Positions 11,067 to 20,839 of a stretch of DNA of 64,000 bases are shown piece after piece. The stretch spans positions 3,218 through 67,217 of the forward strand of contig PGYU01000011.1 of the NCBI GenBank assembly GCA_002839825.1, written 5' to 3'. The translations under genes and the position numbers were made by a program. The DNA comes from Ignavibacteriae bacterium HGW-Ignavibacteriae-1 (GTDB taxonomy: Bacteria > Bacteroidota > Ignavibacteria > Kapaibacteriales > UBA2268). Below the pieces are notes generated by a model that was given only the letters and a program-made list of their open reading frames with translations, was not told the DNA's origin and ran no database searches. How positions within the stretch are numbered: the first letter of the stretch is position 1; the number at the start of each line of letters is the position of its first letter.

Positions 11067-12083
11067 CTAATCTTCAAAAAATTCTAAGGGCAATCGTCCT
11101 AATTTATAAAAGCTCAGAATCTCCCCAAAACCATATGTGTTGGCAGTTTCGGAAATATAATCAGGTTGTCTGCCGTTTTCTTTGATATATTCCAGCATTC
11201 CTTGTTGTTGCCAAAGAAAATTTTGAGGAATATTGGGGAATCTTTTTTTCAAAACACCGTAAGTATTCAGCGCCGATGTGGACCAAAACCACGAGAATAG
11301 ACTAATCCGCGAATTATCATCAGCAATACTAAGGGCTGACGGCAGCAAGCAATTCAGCACTATTTCTCGCCGCAGATGTGCGCCTTCGTTAGCAATTCGT
11401 TTTTTGATAAATCCGTGCATTGTGTCGGGAATTGAAACCGTTTCCTTGATTTCGAGAAAATTCAAAAAATCAATCATCTCCGAATTTGTCAAATTTTCCA
11501 AAATTTCATTCAATCGCTTTTCATCATACGATGGGCGTCGCCGTTTTGAAGCGTACCTTTGCAAAAAATCAGCCAAATTTGAATGAAATCCTTGGCGCAA
11601 ATCGGCGTTGTTGAACATTTTTTTAGCTTTAGCAGTCATACGGAGCAAGCGAATCAGAGCATAATTTTGCAATTCTTCGATGTCATTGGCAATATCAATT
11701 TCCGTTCGTTTCTCAGGCGGAGCGAGCAACTTAAGTTGAGTTTCATCAATCACTAAGGTTTCAAAATCTCTTTTAATCGGCGTATCGTCCTTGAATACGA
11801 TATGAATCACAACGTCATCATATTCAATATTTGTGGAGTGGGCATGGCGTAGCCAATCCGATGAGCTTCTGTGAAATTCCGCATCGCCAACAACTACGTA
11901 GCCGTTCAACAGAATTGCAATATTTTTGAGGTCGGGACCATCGTACAAATTCATCTTGCCCGGTGATAAAATTTGCAGCCGATTGTTTGATTGCGTCATA
12001 AATACTTGCGAAGGATTCGAGAGATAGGCATGAACCTTACGCAATAATTCTCTTTCGTTTTCAACTTGCATAATTTTTTCCAA
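11067..12083 (-). CDS. Hypothetical protein (possibly DUF2851-like)
   Basis: Long ORF in good coding context. No motif recognised with certainty. Confidence 0.5.
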   Translation of the reverse strand: MEKIMQVENERELLRKVHAYLSNPSQVFMTQSNNRLQILSPGKMNLYDGPDLKNIAILLNGYVVVGDAEFHRSSSDWLRHAHSTNIEYDDVVIHIVFKDDTPIKRDFETLVIDETQLKLLAPPEKRTEIDIANDIEELQNYALIRLLRMTAKAKKMFNNADLRQGFHSNLADFLQRYASKRRRPSYDEKRLNEILENLTNSEMIDFLNFLEIKETVSIPDTMHGFIKKRIANEGAHLRREIVLNCLLPSALSIADDNSRISLFSWFWSTSALNTYGVLKKRFPNIPQNFLWQQQGMLEYIKENGRQPDYISETANTYGFGEILSFYKLGRLPLEFFED

Positions 12084-12165
12084 AAGATATATTTATTAAT
12101 TTGTAAATTTACGATATACTAATGAAATTCAGTTGATTTGCTTTAATATTTGTTGTATTAATAAT

Positions 12166-13218
12166 TTAGTGATGAATAAGGGGCGATTCGAGCAATGTCA
12201 AATTCCCTTCGTTTGCGTTCATGCTTGCTTTGCACAACTGCGGAATAGTCAGCTGATTATCGGTATGCCCGAACATGAACCCGTAAAAGACCGGAATTTT
12301 CAGTTCAGCCAAGTAGCTGTCCAATACTTCGCCCAATGACATATCCCAAGTAGATTGAGTAGAGCCGGAACCGCAATCATCGCAACGCCCGAATATCAAT
12401 CCTGATATTTTAGTAAACACGCCCGCAAGCCTCAATTGATTCAACATTCGGTCTATTCGGTAAGGTGGTTCGCCAACGTCTTCAATCAGCAAAATTTTAC
12501 CGTCAAAATCAGGTTCGAATCTCGTTCCCATCAGCGAAGTCAATAATGATAAATTTGCAACGAGCGTGATTCCTTCGGCTTCGCCTGGTACAATAGTACG
12601 AGTAGGGTAGGGGTTCCGTGGCGATGAACCGGATTGAGGATTGCTCAATACAAGCGGGAAATTAACATCACCAAACACGATGTTGCGGAAATTTGTAGCC
12701 GTGTAATTGTTAAAAGATGACATGAGAACGGGTCCATGAAATGTGCTGAGTCCGGCATTTTTGTTTATTGCCAGATGCAAAGCAGTAATATCGCTATATC
12801 CGACGAAAATTTTCGGATTTTGGCGAATCAAATCATAGTCAAGCCCGTCAATCAGTCGCCCTGAGCCGTAGCCTCCTCTGGTGCAAATCACACCTTTGAT
12901 AGTGCTGTCGGCAAAAACCTCATGCAAATCTTCGATACGTTCACGGACTGAGCGCGTTTTATAACCGCTGCCCTTGGTAGTATTTTTGGCATATTTGAAA
13001 TTCAATCCCAAATACTTCAAAATTTCTTCAACTTTTGCCAAATCATCCGGCGAACTTACCGAAGTTCCGGGCGAAACAATGCCAATCGTGTCACCTGGCA
13101 CTAATTTTGCAGCTTTGATATTGGATTTTTGGGTTACATTGGCTTTTGCGATGCTTTTTGAGAGCATCAGCGAGCCGAGTGCAAGCGATGCGATGCTTAA
13201 AAATTCTTTTCTATTCAT
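12166..13218 (-). CDS. LD-carboxypeptidase (peptidase S66), secreted
   Basis: Signal peptide, then IGIVSPG...ICTRGGYGSGRL...GYSDITALH motifs typical of the S66 family. Confidence 0.85.
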   Translation of the reverse strand: MNRKEFLSIASLALGSLMLSKSIAKANVTQKSNIKAAKLVPGDTIGIVSPGTSVSSPDDLAKVEEILKYLGLNFKYAKNTTKGSGYKTRSVRERIEDLHEVFADSTIKGVICTRGGYGSGRLIDGLDYDLIRQNPKIFVGYSDITALHLAINKNAGLSTFHGPVLMSSFNNYTATNFRNIVFGDVNFPLVLSNPQSGSSPRNPYPTRTIVPGEAEGITLVANLSLLTSLMGTRFEPDFDGKILLIEDVGEPPYRIDRMLNQLRLAGVFTKISGLIFGRCDDCGSGSTQSTWDMSLGEVLDSYLAELKIPVFYGFMFGHTDNQLTIPQLCKASMNANEGNLTLLESPLIHH

Positions 13219-13325
13219 AAAAAATTGAATATTATGAGATTATTGATTAAATTGATTATAAATATAGTGATTTTTCGATTAATTCGTTTTATTTTGTAGT
13301 ATTATTATTTGCAAATGGGTAATTT

Positions 13326-15182
13326 ATGGAACTTTTGTTACAGTATGATGTAGAATTTGACGAGGATACCCCGTTTGGTAAGGACGTAGATGCCGACCAT
13401 GCCTATTTGATGGATGCTATTGACAAAGTCGGTGGTAATCTTGACAAAGAGTTAATCAGCAAAGCTTTTTATTTTTGTGTCGAAATGCACAAGGGTAAAT
13501 ACCGCAAATCGGGCTATCCATATTATACACATCCGCTCAATGTCACTTTGTTATTGATGAATGAGTTGCAACTGCATGATTCAAATTCATTAGCGGCATG
13601 TTTGCTCCATGATACGATTGAAGATGTAGAAATCGTAAGTACGGAGATGATTACAAGCGAATTCGACGAAGATATATCAGAGATGGTGGACGGCGTAACA
13701 AAAATATCTCATTCAGAAATTATCAAACCAGAAATATATACCGAAGACAGATTGCCTCAAAACTTTAGCGAAGATACTCTGGCTGGACCTATTAAACCAA
13801 GAGTGAGCAAGGCTGAAACTTATCGAAAATTATTTATGGCACTCGTAAGAGATGCTCGTGTGATAATGATTAAACTCGCCGACAGATTGCACAATATGCG
13901 TACTCTGCACTATCTTTCGCCCAAAAAGCAAGTAGAAATCGCTCAAGAAACATTGAATTTTTACATTCCGATAGCGCATAGATTGGGCTTACTCAAAGTT
14001 AAAATGGAATTGGAAAATCGCTCATTTTACTATTCCAATCGTGAGAATTACGAAGCTATCAGGTCAGCTTTGAACGAAAAGCGTCGTGAATTTATTGATT
14101 ACATCAGGGTTTTTTCGGATTTAATCCAAAATTCGCTCGACGCACAAAATCTTAAGCATATTTTGTCTATCGTACATAAGCACGAATACGAAATCCACAA
14201 GATGACCCAAAACGGGAAATCAATAAGTGATATAGATAATTTTTATTCTGTAGTGATTATACTCCAATCCAACGACGTACACGAATGTTATCGTGCTTTG
14301 GGCGTATTGGCTAACGCATTCAATACGATTAGTTTTGTAGATTACATCGCAAAACCCAAACTTGATTGGTACAAATCTCTAAACACAGAACTCATAGGTC
14401 CCGACGGAAAACGAATCGAAATACTGATTCGCACCAAAGAGATGGATACTATTGCCGAAGAAGGCTTTGCCGCAAACTTTTCACTCAAAACCGGTAGGGT
14501 GCGAGCACTTCAATTCACCGATTCCGATATTGACGAATGGGGCGAATGGATGAAGGATATGATTGAAGAATATGGCGATAATGCTTCGCAAATTATTTGG
14601 GATTCGCTTAAAGTGAATCTCTTTGATTCGGAGCTCACAGTTTATTCGAAGGAAGGACGACAGATTTCCCTGCCAAAGGGTTCGACATTAGTGGATTATG
14701 CCTTTGTACTTTCGGACGAATATGGGTTGCATTGCGTAACAGGCAAAGTTAATGGCTCATTTCATGATTTGAACTACAAATTGAATTCCGGCGACCAAGT
14801 CGAAATCATCAAATCTGACAATGCAGTGCCGAAATTTGAGTGGCAAAAAAGCGTAGTTTCGCATAGAGCTGTGGCAATGCTCCACAAATATTTCAAACTC
14901 AATCCACCCAAAACTTTACTCAAGAAGAAGGCTGACGGCAATTACGATACCAAATTAATCATTCGTGGCGAAGATCGCGAATTGATGTTGCTCGATATTA
15001 CTGAAGCCATCGGCAAATCGAACATCAAACGTATCAATCTCGATACAGCCGATTCGATGTTCGATGGTGCACTTTCGGTCTTGGTCGAAAACGTCGAAGA
15101 ACTGAATAATATCATGGTACGCTTGCTCACAGTCAAGGGTGTGAGTGATGTCAAGAGAGTATATGAAGAAGATGAAAAATAA
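13326..15182 (+). CDS. RelA/SpoT-family (p)ppGpp hydrolase/synthetase homologue; short, with a divergent synthetase region
   Basis: HD domain (HPLNVTLLL...LHDTIED; RLHNMRTL), a TGS-like segment and a C-terminal ACT-like segment. Only 618 aa. Confidence 0.75.
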   Translation: MELLLQYDVEFDEDTPFGKDVDADHAYLMDAIDKVGGNLDKELISKAFYFCVEMHKGKYRKSGYPYYTHPLNVTLLLMNELQLHDSNSLAACLLHDTIEDVEIVSTEMITSEFDEDISEMVDGVTKISHSEIIKPEIYTEDRLPQNFSEDTLAGPIKPRVSKAETYRKLFMALVRDARVIMIKLADRLHNMRTLHYLSPKKQVEIAQETLNFYIPIAHRLGLLKVKMELENRSFYYSNRENYEAIRSALNEKRREFIDYIRVFSDLIQNSLDAQNLKHILSIVHKHEYEIHKMTQNGKSISDIDNFYSVVIILQSNDVHECYRALGVLANAFNTISFVDYIAKPKLDWYKSLNTELIGPDGKRIEILIRTKEMDTIAEEGFAANFSLKTGRVRALQFTDSDIDEWGEWMKDMIEEYGDNASQIIWDSLKVNLFDSELTVYSKEGRQISLPKGSTLVDYAFVLSDEYGLHCVTGKVNGSFHDLNYKLNSGDQVEIIKSDNAVPKFEWQKSVVSHRAVAMLHKYFKLNPPKTLLKKKADGNYDTKLIIRGEDRELMLLDITEAIGKSNIKRINLDTADSMFDGALSVLVENVEELNNIMVRLLTVKGVSDVKRVYEEDEK

Positions 15183-15360
15183 TCATCACTTTTTGTATTT
15201 TTTTTTGCAACCAATTTAGACTTCGTGTGTATTTCAAATTGTAATGTAAATTGAACGATAAAAATGCGATATTAAAAAATAATAAGCATTAAACCATTTG
15301 AAAGATTTTGAATCTAATAGATAGAACAAACAATTTTATTATTTTTTTAGGAGACTAAAT

Positions 15361-16176
15361 ATGTTAAGAAACTTGCTTATCGCTACCACAGTCGCTTTGG
15401 CACTATTTATAAGTTCATGCAGCGAATCACCGATTGCTACAGAGAACAATTCCAATTACGACTACCAATCATTTGCTATTGCTGATTTCAACCCAATAGG
15501 GTTTGAATTACAAGAAGCAACGCTCGAAACCGATTTCGCACTCACTCCGTTGATTGAAGGTGAATTTGCCAATTATGACAGATTGAAACCAAATGACAAA
15601 AGACCACCACAAATACGCAGAATGATGGCAATCGGTATGATTTTACGTCAACTTAACCTAACTGCTGAACAAATCGAGAAAGTTAAAGAGTTGATTATTG
15701 CTCACAGAGCTTGTGAAGCTGAATGGTTAAAGATGCTCCAAGAATCAAGACGCGCCATCATGATGAGCGGACAAACAGCACGCCAAGAAATCATGGCTAA
15801 ATACATATCCGGCGAAATCACTAGACAAGAAGCCGCCAGATTGATTAATCAACTTAACATGGCTCTTCGTGAACAGTTAATTAACAATCCTGTCAATGAA
15901 ACAGTTAGAGTTGCTCTTAAAGCTTGTTGGGATACTTTCATCAGTGGTCTTAAAAGCATCTTAGACGAAGAACAATTAGCACTTTTTGAAGAATGGCTCA
16001 TAAAAATTGCCAACGGTGATGGCAATATTGACGACCGCAAAAAAGACGATGATTGCGATGACGACGGCAGAGATGATCGCAGAGATGATCGCAGAGATGA
16101 TCGCAGAGATGACCGTAGAGACGACCGTAGAGACGACCGTAAAAATAATGACGACAACGATAATAACCGCGACTAA
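15361..16176 (+). CDS. Lipoprotein with an LTXXQ (Spy/CpxP-like) motif and a C-terminal (DDRR)n acidic/basic repeat tail
   Basis: Lipobox LALFISSC, LTAEQIEKVKELI motif, and a tail of RDDRRDDRRDDRR encoded by a 12-bp tandem repeat. Confidence 0.6.
   Translation: MLRNLLIATTVALALFISSCSESPIATENNSNYDYQSFAIADFNPIGFELQEATLETDFALTPLIEGEFANYDRLKPNDKRPPQIRRMMAIGMILRQLNLTAEQIEKVKELIIAHRACEAEWLKMLQESRRAIMMSGQTARQEIMAKYISGEITRQEAARLINQLNMALREQLINNPVNETVRVALKACWDTFISGLKSILDEEQLALFEEWLIKIANGDGNIDDRKKDDDCDDDGRDDRRDDRRDDRRDDRRDDRRDDRKNNDDNDNNRD
16069..16140 (+). repeat. Six tandem copies of a 12-bp unit (agagatgatcgc / agagacgaccgt) encoding (RDDR)n
   Basis: Read directly from the sequence. Copies 1-3 are identical; copies 4-6 carry 2-3 synonymous or conservative changes. 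Confidence 0.9.
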
Positions 16177-16307
16177 TCGCTAAGTGTATCTGAAAAAAGA
16201 GATTGCTCACAAAAGAGTAATCTCTTTTTTTTTTAATGTAATTGTAATCATTTTTAATTTTTCACGTCGAATAATTTAGTAGTTAATGAATTAATCATTA
16301 GGAGTGA

Positions 16308-16886
16308 ATGATGAAAAGGATCGTATTTAGCATTTTGTTCAGTCTATTTATAGCAACTTCGGCTTTCGCACAAATCAGTATTGGTCCAAAAATAGGTTAT
16401 ACCGCTTCTAAACTATCGTTTGACCAAGATGATATTTCGAGTTCATTTAGCAGTTCTTTCCAATATGGCGTCTTTGCACGAATCGGAGAGGAATGGTTTA
16501 TACAACCTGAAATAATGATGACACAAAAGGGTGGTGTATTGACCCACAATTCAGCACAATACGGTAGCACTCACCAAACAATTGATTTGGCTGCACTATT
16601 CGGGATTTATGTTTTCGACTTCAAATTAGCGAAACTCAATGTTCAAGCCGGTCCTGTGGCTTCAATCATTACTGAAAAAGGGTTTCTGGAAATCCCTGAC
16701 GAGGTTGAGAGAGCTGAATACAATGATGCAATGTGGGCTATGCAGTTTGGTCTGGGACTTGACGTGCTGATGTTAACGCTCGATGTCCGCTATGAGTTAG
16801 GTATGAGCAGTGTGTACAGTGGAGATTTCAATGCCAAGAACTCTCTGATTCAAGTTACTGTGGGATGGAAACTCTTCTCATTTTAA
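16308..16886 (+). CDS. Outer-membrane beta-barrel (porin/OmpA-TM-like) protein
   Basis: Signal peptide, alternating amphipathic beta-strands and a C-terminal aromatic residue (…WKLFSF). Confidence 0.65.
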   Translation: MMKRIVFSILFSLFIATSAFAQISIGPKIGYTASKLSFDQDDISSSFSSSFQYGVFARIGEEWFIQPEIMMTQKGGVLTHNSAQYGSTHQTIDLAALFGIYVFDFKLAKLNVQAGPVASIITEKGFLEIPDEVERAEYNDAMWAMQFGLGLDVLMLTLDVRYELGMSSVYSGDFNAKNSLIQVTVGWKLFSF

Positions 16887-17109
16887 GAAAAAGTTTGATA
16901 TTTTGGATACGACAGAGACTTTTGACTTAAAAAGTCTCTGTTTCTATGTTAATTGATGGTTAAATGGTTCCAACAATATCATAAAAGCATTATTAAACTT
17001 TAGGATTTGTAAAAAATTTGTTATTTTTACAGTCTAATTAGTTACATAATTAATAAATGATAAACCAACAAATTATCAACAAGTTTAAAAACAATATCGG
17101 AGAAATTTC

Positions 17110-18609
17110 GTGAAAAAAATAGCCCTTTCAATTTTGATGCTTATAGTAGGCACAATCGCTTTCCAGGGTTTTCAATGCGCTTCGAGAAATATGACTACTG
17201 CAAAAGTCGCTTATAACAACAGAGACTATGACAAATCTATAGAATATCTGAAAATGGAATTGGCTGCTAACCCTGCAAATGGTGAAGCATATGTCTTACT
17301 GACAGAAATTTACATGACAAAGAATGAATTCGCCTTAGCGGCGGAATCTGCTCAAAAAGCTTTGAAAAGCAACATTGACGAAACCCAACGGAACACTATG
17401 AAAATCCGCATGAACCAGATTTGGGTTGAAGCTTATAATCGCGGCGTCGAAAGCTATTCAAAATACTTAGAAACTAAAGAAAAAGTCCACATTGACAAAG
17501 CAATGGCATATTTCGACCTTGGGATTTCAATCAGACCAGAAATTACAGATTTCTACAATTTCAAAGGTTCTGCATACGAAGTCATGGGCGACACTTTGAA
17601 AGCTTTGCAACAATATGAACTATTTGTCGAAAAATCCATGCCCGACATAACTTTTGCGAAAAACAACGGATTTTATTACGACATGACTCGTAGAACTGTG
17701 AATGAAAAATTGGGCAAGCCCAAAGACAGCCAAGTGAAATCAACTCCAAAAGGCGATACGACAATCATTGACCATTTTGTAATCAATGACAAAGATTTGT
17801 ACTTGTTTTATGACCAAGACAAAGCCAATTTCATGCTAAAAGGATGGAGACATGACCCTCCGATGGAAAGGCTTGAAGTAGAACGTTCACAGAGATTCAA
17901 TATGAATACAACTCCAATCAGAGCATTGGCGCAACTTCATTATGTACGTAAAGAATTCGATGCATCGCTAAAATATATACAATTATTTGCCCAAATTGAA
18001 CCTACAAACCCCGAAGCGAACACTTCATTAGTTGCACTTTACCAAGAATTAGGTAAAACAGACGATGCACTCAAATCAGTTGAGGAACTTACTAAATCTG
18101 ACCCTAAGAACAAATACGCTTGGGCACAATATGGCGACTTGCTCCAAAATATGAGCCGCTATCAAGAGTCTATTCAAAAGTATGAAAAAGCTTTGGAAAT
18201 TGATCCAAATTACGAATTTGTTCTTCGCAATATAGCATCGGCTTATAAAAATTTAGCGGGCGACGTTCAGCGCAAACAACAGGAAAAAATTGAAGCCGAC
18301 TCAAAGTACCAGCCCGATTATGAAGAGTATTTTCCTCATTTGAGAAAATCAGCCGAATACTTTTCGAGAGCGATGAAAACATCCGAATTTGCAAGTGATT
18401 TCCAAGTTATGGGCGAATTGGCAAATATTTACACTGTGCTCGACCAAGCCAATGAATTGAAGCAAATTTTGAACAAACTCGAAGCTATTGAAAGCACGGT
18501 CCCAAAAAACAAAAGAGACCAATACTATCTCATACTGATGAAAATTTATGGCGATTTGAAAGAATCACAAAAATTGCAAGAAGTAAGAGCCAAATACGAC
18601 AATTTATAA
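17110..18609 (+). CDS. TPR-repeat protein, secreted
   Basis: Signal peptide and multiple TPR-like A/Y/L-periodic repeats. Confidence 0.7.
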   Translation: MKKIALSILMLIVGTIAFQGFQCASRNMTTAKVAYNNRDYDKSIEYLKMELAANPANGEAYVLLTEIYMTKNEFALAAESAQKALKSNIDETQRNTMKIRMNQIWVEAYNRGVESYSKYLETKEKVHIDKAMAYFDLGISIRPEITDFYNFKGSAYEVMGDTLKALQQYELFVEKSMPDITFAKNNGFYYDMTRRTVNEKLGKPKDSQVKSTPKGDTTIIDHFVINDKDLYLFYDQDKANFMLKGWRHDPPMERLEVERSQRFNMNTTPIRALAQLHYVRKEFDASLKYIQLFAQIEPTNPEANTSLVALYQELGKTDDALKSVEELTKSDPKNKYAWAQYGDLLQNMSRYQESIQKYEKALEIDPNYEFVLRNIASAYKNLAGDVQRKQQEKIEADSKYQPDYEEYFPHLRKSAEYFSRAMKTSEFASDFQVMGELANIYTVLDQANELKQILNKLEAIESTVPKNKRDQYYLILMKIYGDLKESQKLQEVRAKYDNL

Positions 18610-18628
18610 TCTATATACGGGATTTGAT

Positions 18629-18955
18629 ATGAATGATAAAAATGAACCTAAACAACAACAAATAAATATCGAGTTGGGCGAAAAAGAAGCCGAAGGTATT
18701 TATTCAAATTTGGCAATTATTTCACATTCGCCTGCCGAGTTTATTGTGGACTTTACGAGAGTCTTACCGGGTGTACCAAAAGCAAAAGTACACGCAAGAA
18801 TTATTATGACACCACAACATGCAAAATTGCTCATGAGAGCATTGCATGACAATATTGCACGATTCGAGAACACACACGGCGAAATCACCATTGACAATCC
18901 CAACAATTTGAACAATTTCCCCGGTTTTATCGGAGGCAGCCCGAAGGTGAATTAA
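18629..18955 (+). CDS. DUF3467-like small protein
   Basis: Motif YSNLAIISHSPAEFIVDFTRVLPGVPKAKVHARIIMTPQHAKLLMRAL resembles the DUF3467 family. Confidence 0.5.
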   Translation: MNDKNEPKQQQINIELGEKEAEGIYSNLAIISHSPAEFIVDFTRVLPGVPKAKVHARIIMTPQHAKLLMRALHDNIARFENTHGEITIDNPNNLNNFPGFIGGSPKVN

Positions 18956-19104
18956 CCCGAAGGCAATGATAGTGTTCAAGAAAAACAATATTCAACGTCA
19001 TTCCAAATGTTTCGGTCAAAAATCGAAATGAAACGTTTGGGATGACATTTTTTTTGCATAAATTGCATATATAAATTGGCTTATTAACTAAAATCGGAAA
19101 TAAA

Positions 19105-20832
19105 ATGTACAAAGGAAATTATGTTCTAATCCTGCATACTCATCTGCCCTGGGTTTTGCATCATGGCAAATCTCCCCACGGAGTGGATTGGCTGAACGAA
19201 GCTGTGGCAGAATGTTATATCCCGCTGCTAAATGTTTTTAACGATTTAGTAGCCGAAGGTATTTCGCCCAATGTTACACTCGATATTTCCCCTGTTCTTT
19301 GCGAACAACTTGAGCATCCCGATTTCAAGAAAATATTCATTGATTATTGTGACGAAAAAATTGCAGCTGCTCAAAGGGACAAAATCGAATTTACTTCCCG
19401 TGGATACGACCCGCACCATATTTGGTTGACACAATTTTGGGAAGATTGGTTCAGAGAACGCAAAACTGAATTCACAGATAAATATGATATGTCTATTATA
19501 AAAGGATTGAAGAAATTGCAGGATGATGGTCATATCGAAGTAATGACATGCGGTGCCACTCACGGCTATTTCCCGATGCTCGGATTTGATAGAAGTGTGA
19601 ATTTGCAAGTCAAGGCTGCCGTAGAAAATTACAAAAAGCACTTTGGCAGAGAGCCTCGCGGCACATGGTTGCCCGAGTGTGCCTATCGCCCGGCTTATGA
19701 ATGGCAATCTTACCTTCCGGTGGCACCATTTAACGAAAAGAAATTACGCGCCGGAGTTGAGCAAATTATTGCCTTGCACGGCATAAAATATTTTGTCACT
19801 GATGAAAATTTATTGCTCAAGTCTGTCCCATTAGGCAAATTTACAGACAAGGAAAACGACGTTTTTGTGCCTGTCAATTCTCCATCATTCCAACATACTG
19901 CTTGGAATTTCGACAAATCATCGCTTAGATTGTACGAAGTAAGTTCGGGAGTCGAAACTCAATATGGCACTGCTGCTGCATTTGTGCGTCATCAAGATAT
20001 TTCGATGCAAGTCTGGAGTGGCGAAGTCGGCTATCCCGGGCAAGCGGATTACTTAGACTTCCACAAAAAGCACGTTGATTCGGGCTTGAGATATTGGCGA
20101 GTGACAGATACAAAAGCCGATATGATGTATAAGACACTCTATCATACCGATTGGACTTTTGATAAGATTGATTTGCAGACAAATCATTTCATTCATCATA
20201 TCGAAAACGCTTTGAATTATTACCACAACATCACCGGAATGTTTGGGACTTTGTGCACTCCGTTCGATACTGAGCTATTTGGTCATTGGTGGTTCGAGGG
20301 ACCTCTTTTCATCAAATCTTTGCTCAAAGGTATGCATAATTCTCCGCACACCAAAGCGGCAACAGCTTGGGAGCAATATAACAAAATCAACCCGACCGAA
20401 GTTATCAAATTGCCTGAAGGTTCGTGGGGCGAAGGCAACAGCCACGAAGTATGGTCGAATGATGACAATAATTGGACCTGGGAAGCAATTTATAATAATG
20501 AATTGAGATTAAGCAAAATATACGAAAGCAATTCGATTCCTGATTTGGGAGCCTTGCAAAGAAGAATCTTGACTCAGGCATTGAGAGAACTAATGCTGCT
20601 CCAATCTTCGGATTGGCAATTCTTGATTTATACACGTTCGGCACAAGATTATGCCGAGCAAAGATTTGTATATCATCATTCCGATTTTAATAAATTATGC
20701 GACCTATTTGAAAATTATGCAGGAAAATCTGAAATCGAAATGAACGATGAGCTATATTTGCGCGAAACAGAAGAACGCAATTCCATCTTCCCGGAGTTGA
20801 ATCCGGAATGGTGGGCGGAACCATTTAGTTAA
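19105..20832 (+). CDS. GH57-family alpha-glucan branching enzyme / amylase-like protein
   Basis: N-terminus YVLILHTHLPWV...HGVDWLNEAVAECYIPLL is typical of GH57 (DUF1957-containing) enzymes. Confidence 0.8.
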   Translation: MYKGNYVLILHTHLPWVLHHGKSPHGVDWLNEAVAECYIPLLNVFNDLVAEGISPNVTLDISPVLCEQLEHPDFKKIFIDYCDEKIAAAQRDKIEFTSRGYDPHHIWLTQFWEDWFRERKTEFTDKYDMSIIKGLKKLQDDGHIEVMTCGATHGYFPMLGFDRSVNLQVKAAVENYKKHFGREPRGTWLPECAYRPAYEWQSYLPVAPFNEKKLRAGVEQIIALHGIKYFVTDENLLLKSVPLGKFTDKENDVFVPVNSPSFQHTAWNFDKSSLRLYEVSSGVETQYGTAAAFVRHQDISMQVWSGEVGYPGQADYLDFHKKHVDSGLRYWRVTDTKADMMYKTLYHTDWTFDKIDLQTNHFIHHIENALNYYHNITGMFGTLCTPFDTELFGHWWFEGPLFIKSLLKGMHNSPHTKAATAWEQYNKINPTEVIKLPEGSWGEGNSHEVWSNDDNNWTWEAIYNNELRLSKIYESNSIPDLGALQRRILTQALRELMLLQSSDWQFLIYTRSAQDYAEQRFVYHHSDFNKLCDLFENYAGKSEIEMNDELYLRETEERNSIFPELNPEWWAEPFS

Positions 20833-20839
20833 TATTTGT

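Noticed and set aside
15849-16210. Minus-strand ORFs (102 and 70 aa) with SLRSS / LCDH repeats
   Set aside because: Antisense translation of the 12-bp tandem repeat inside gene 15361..16176.
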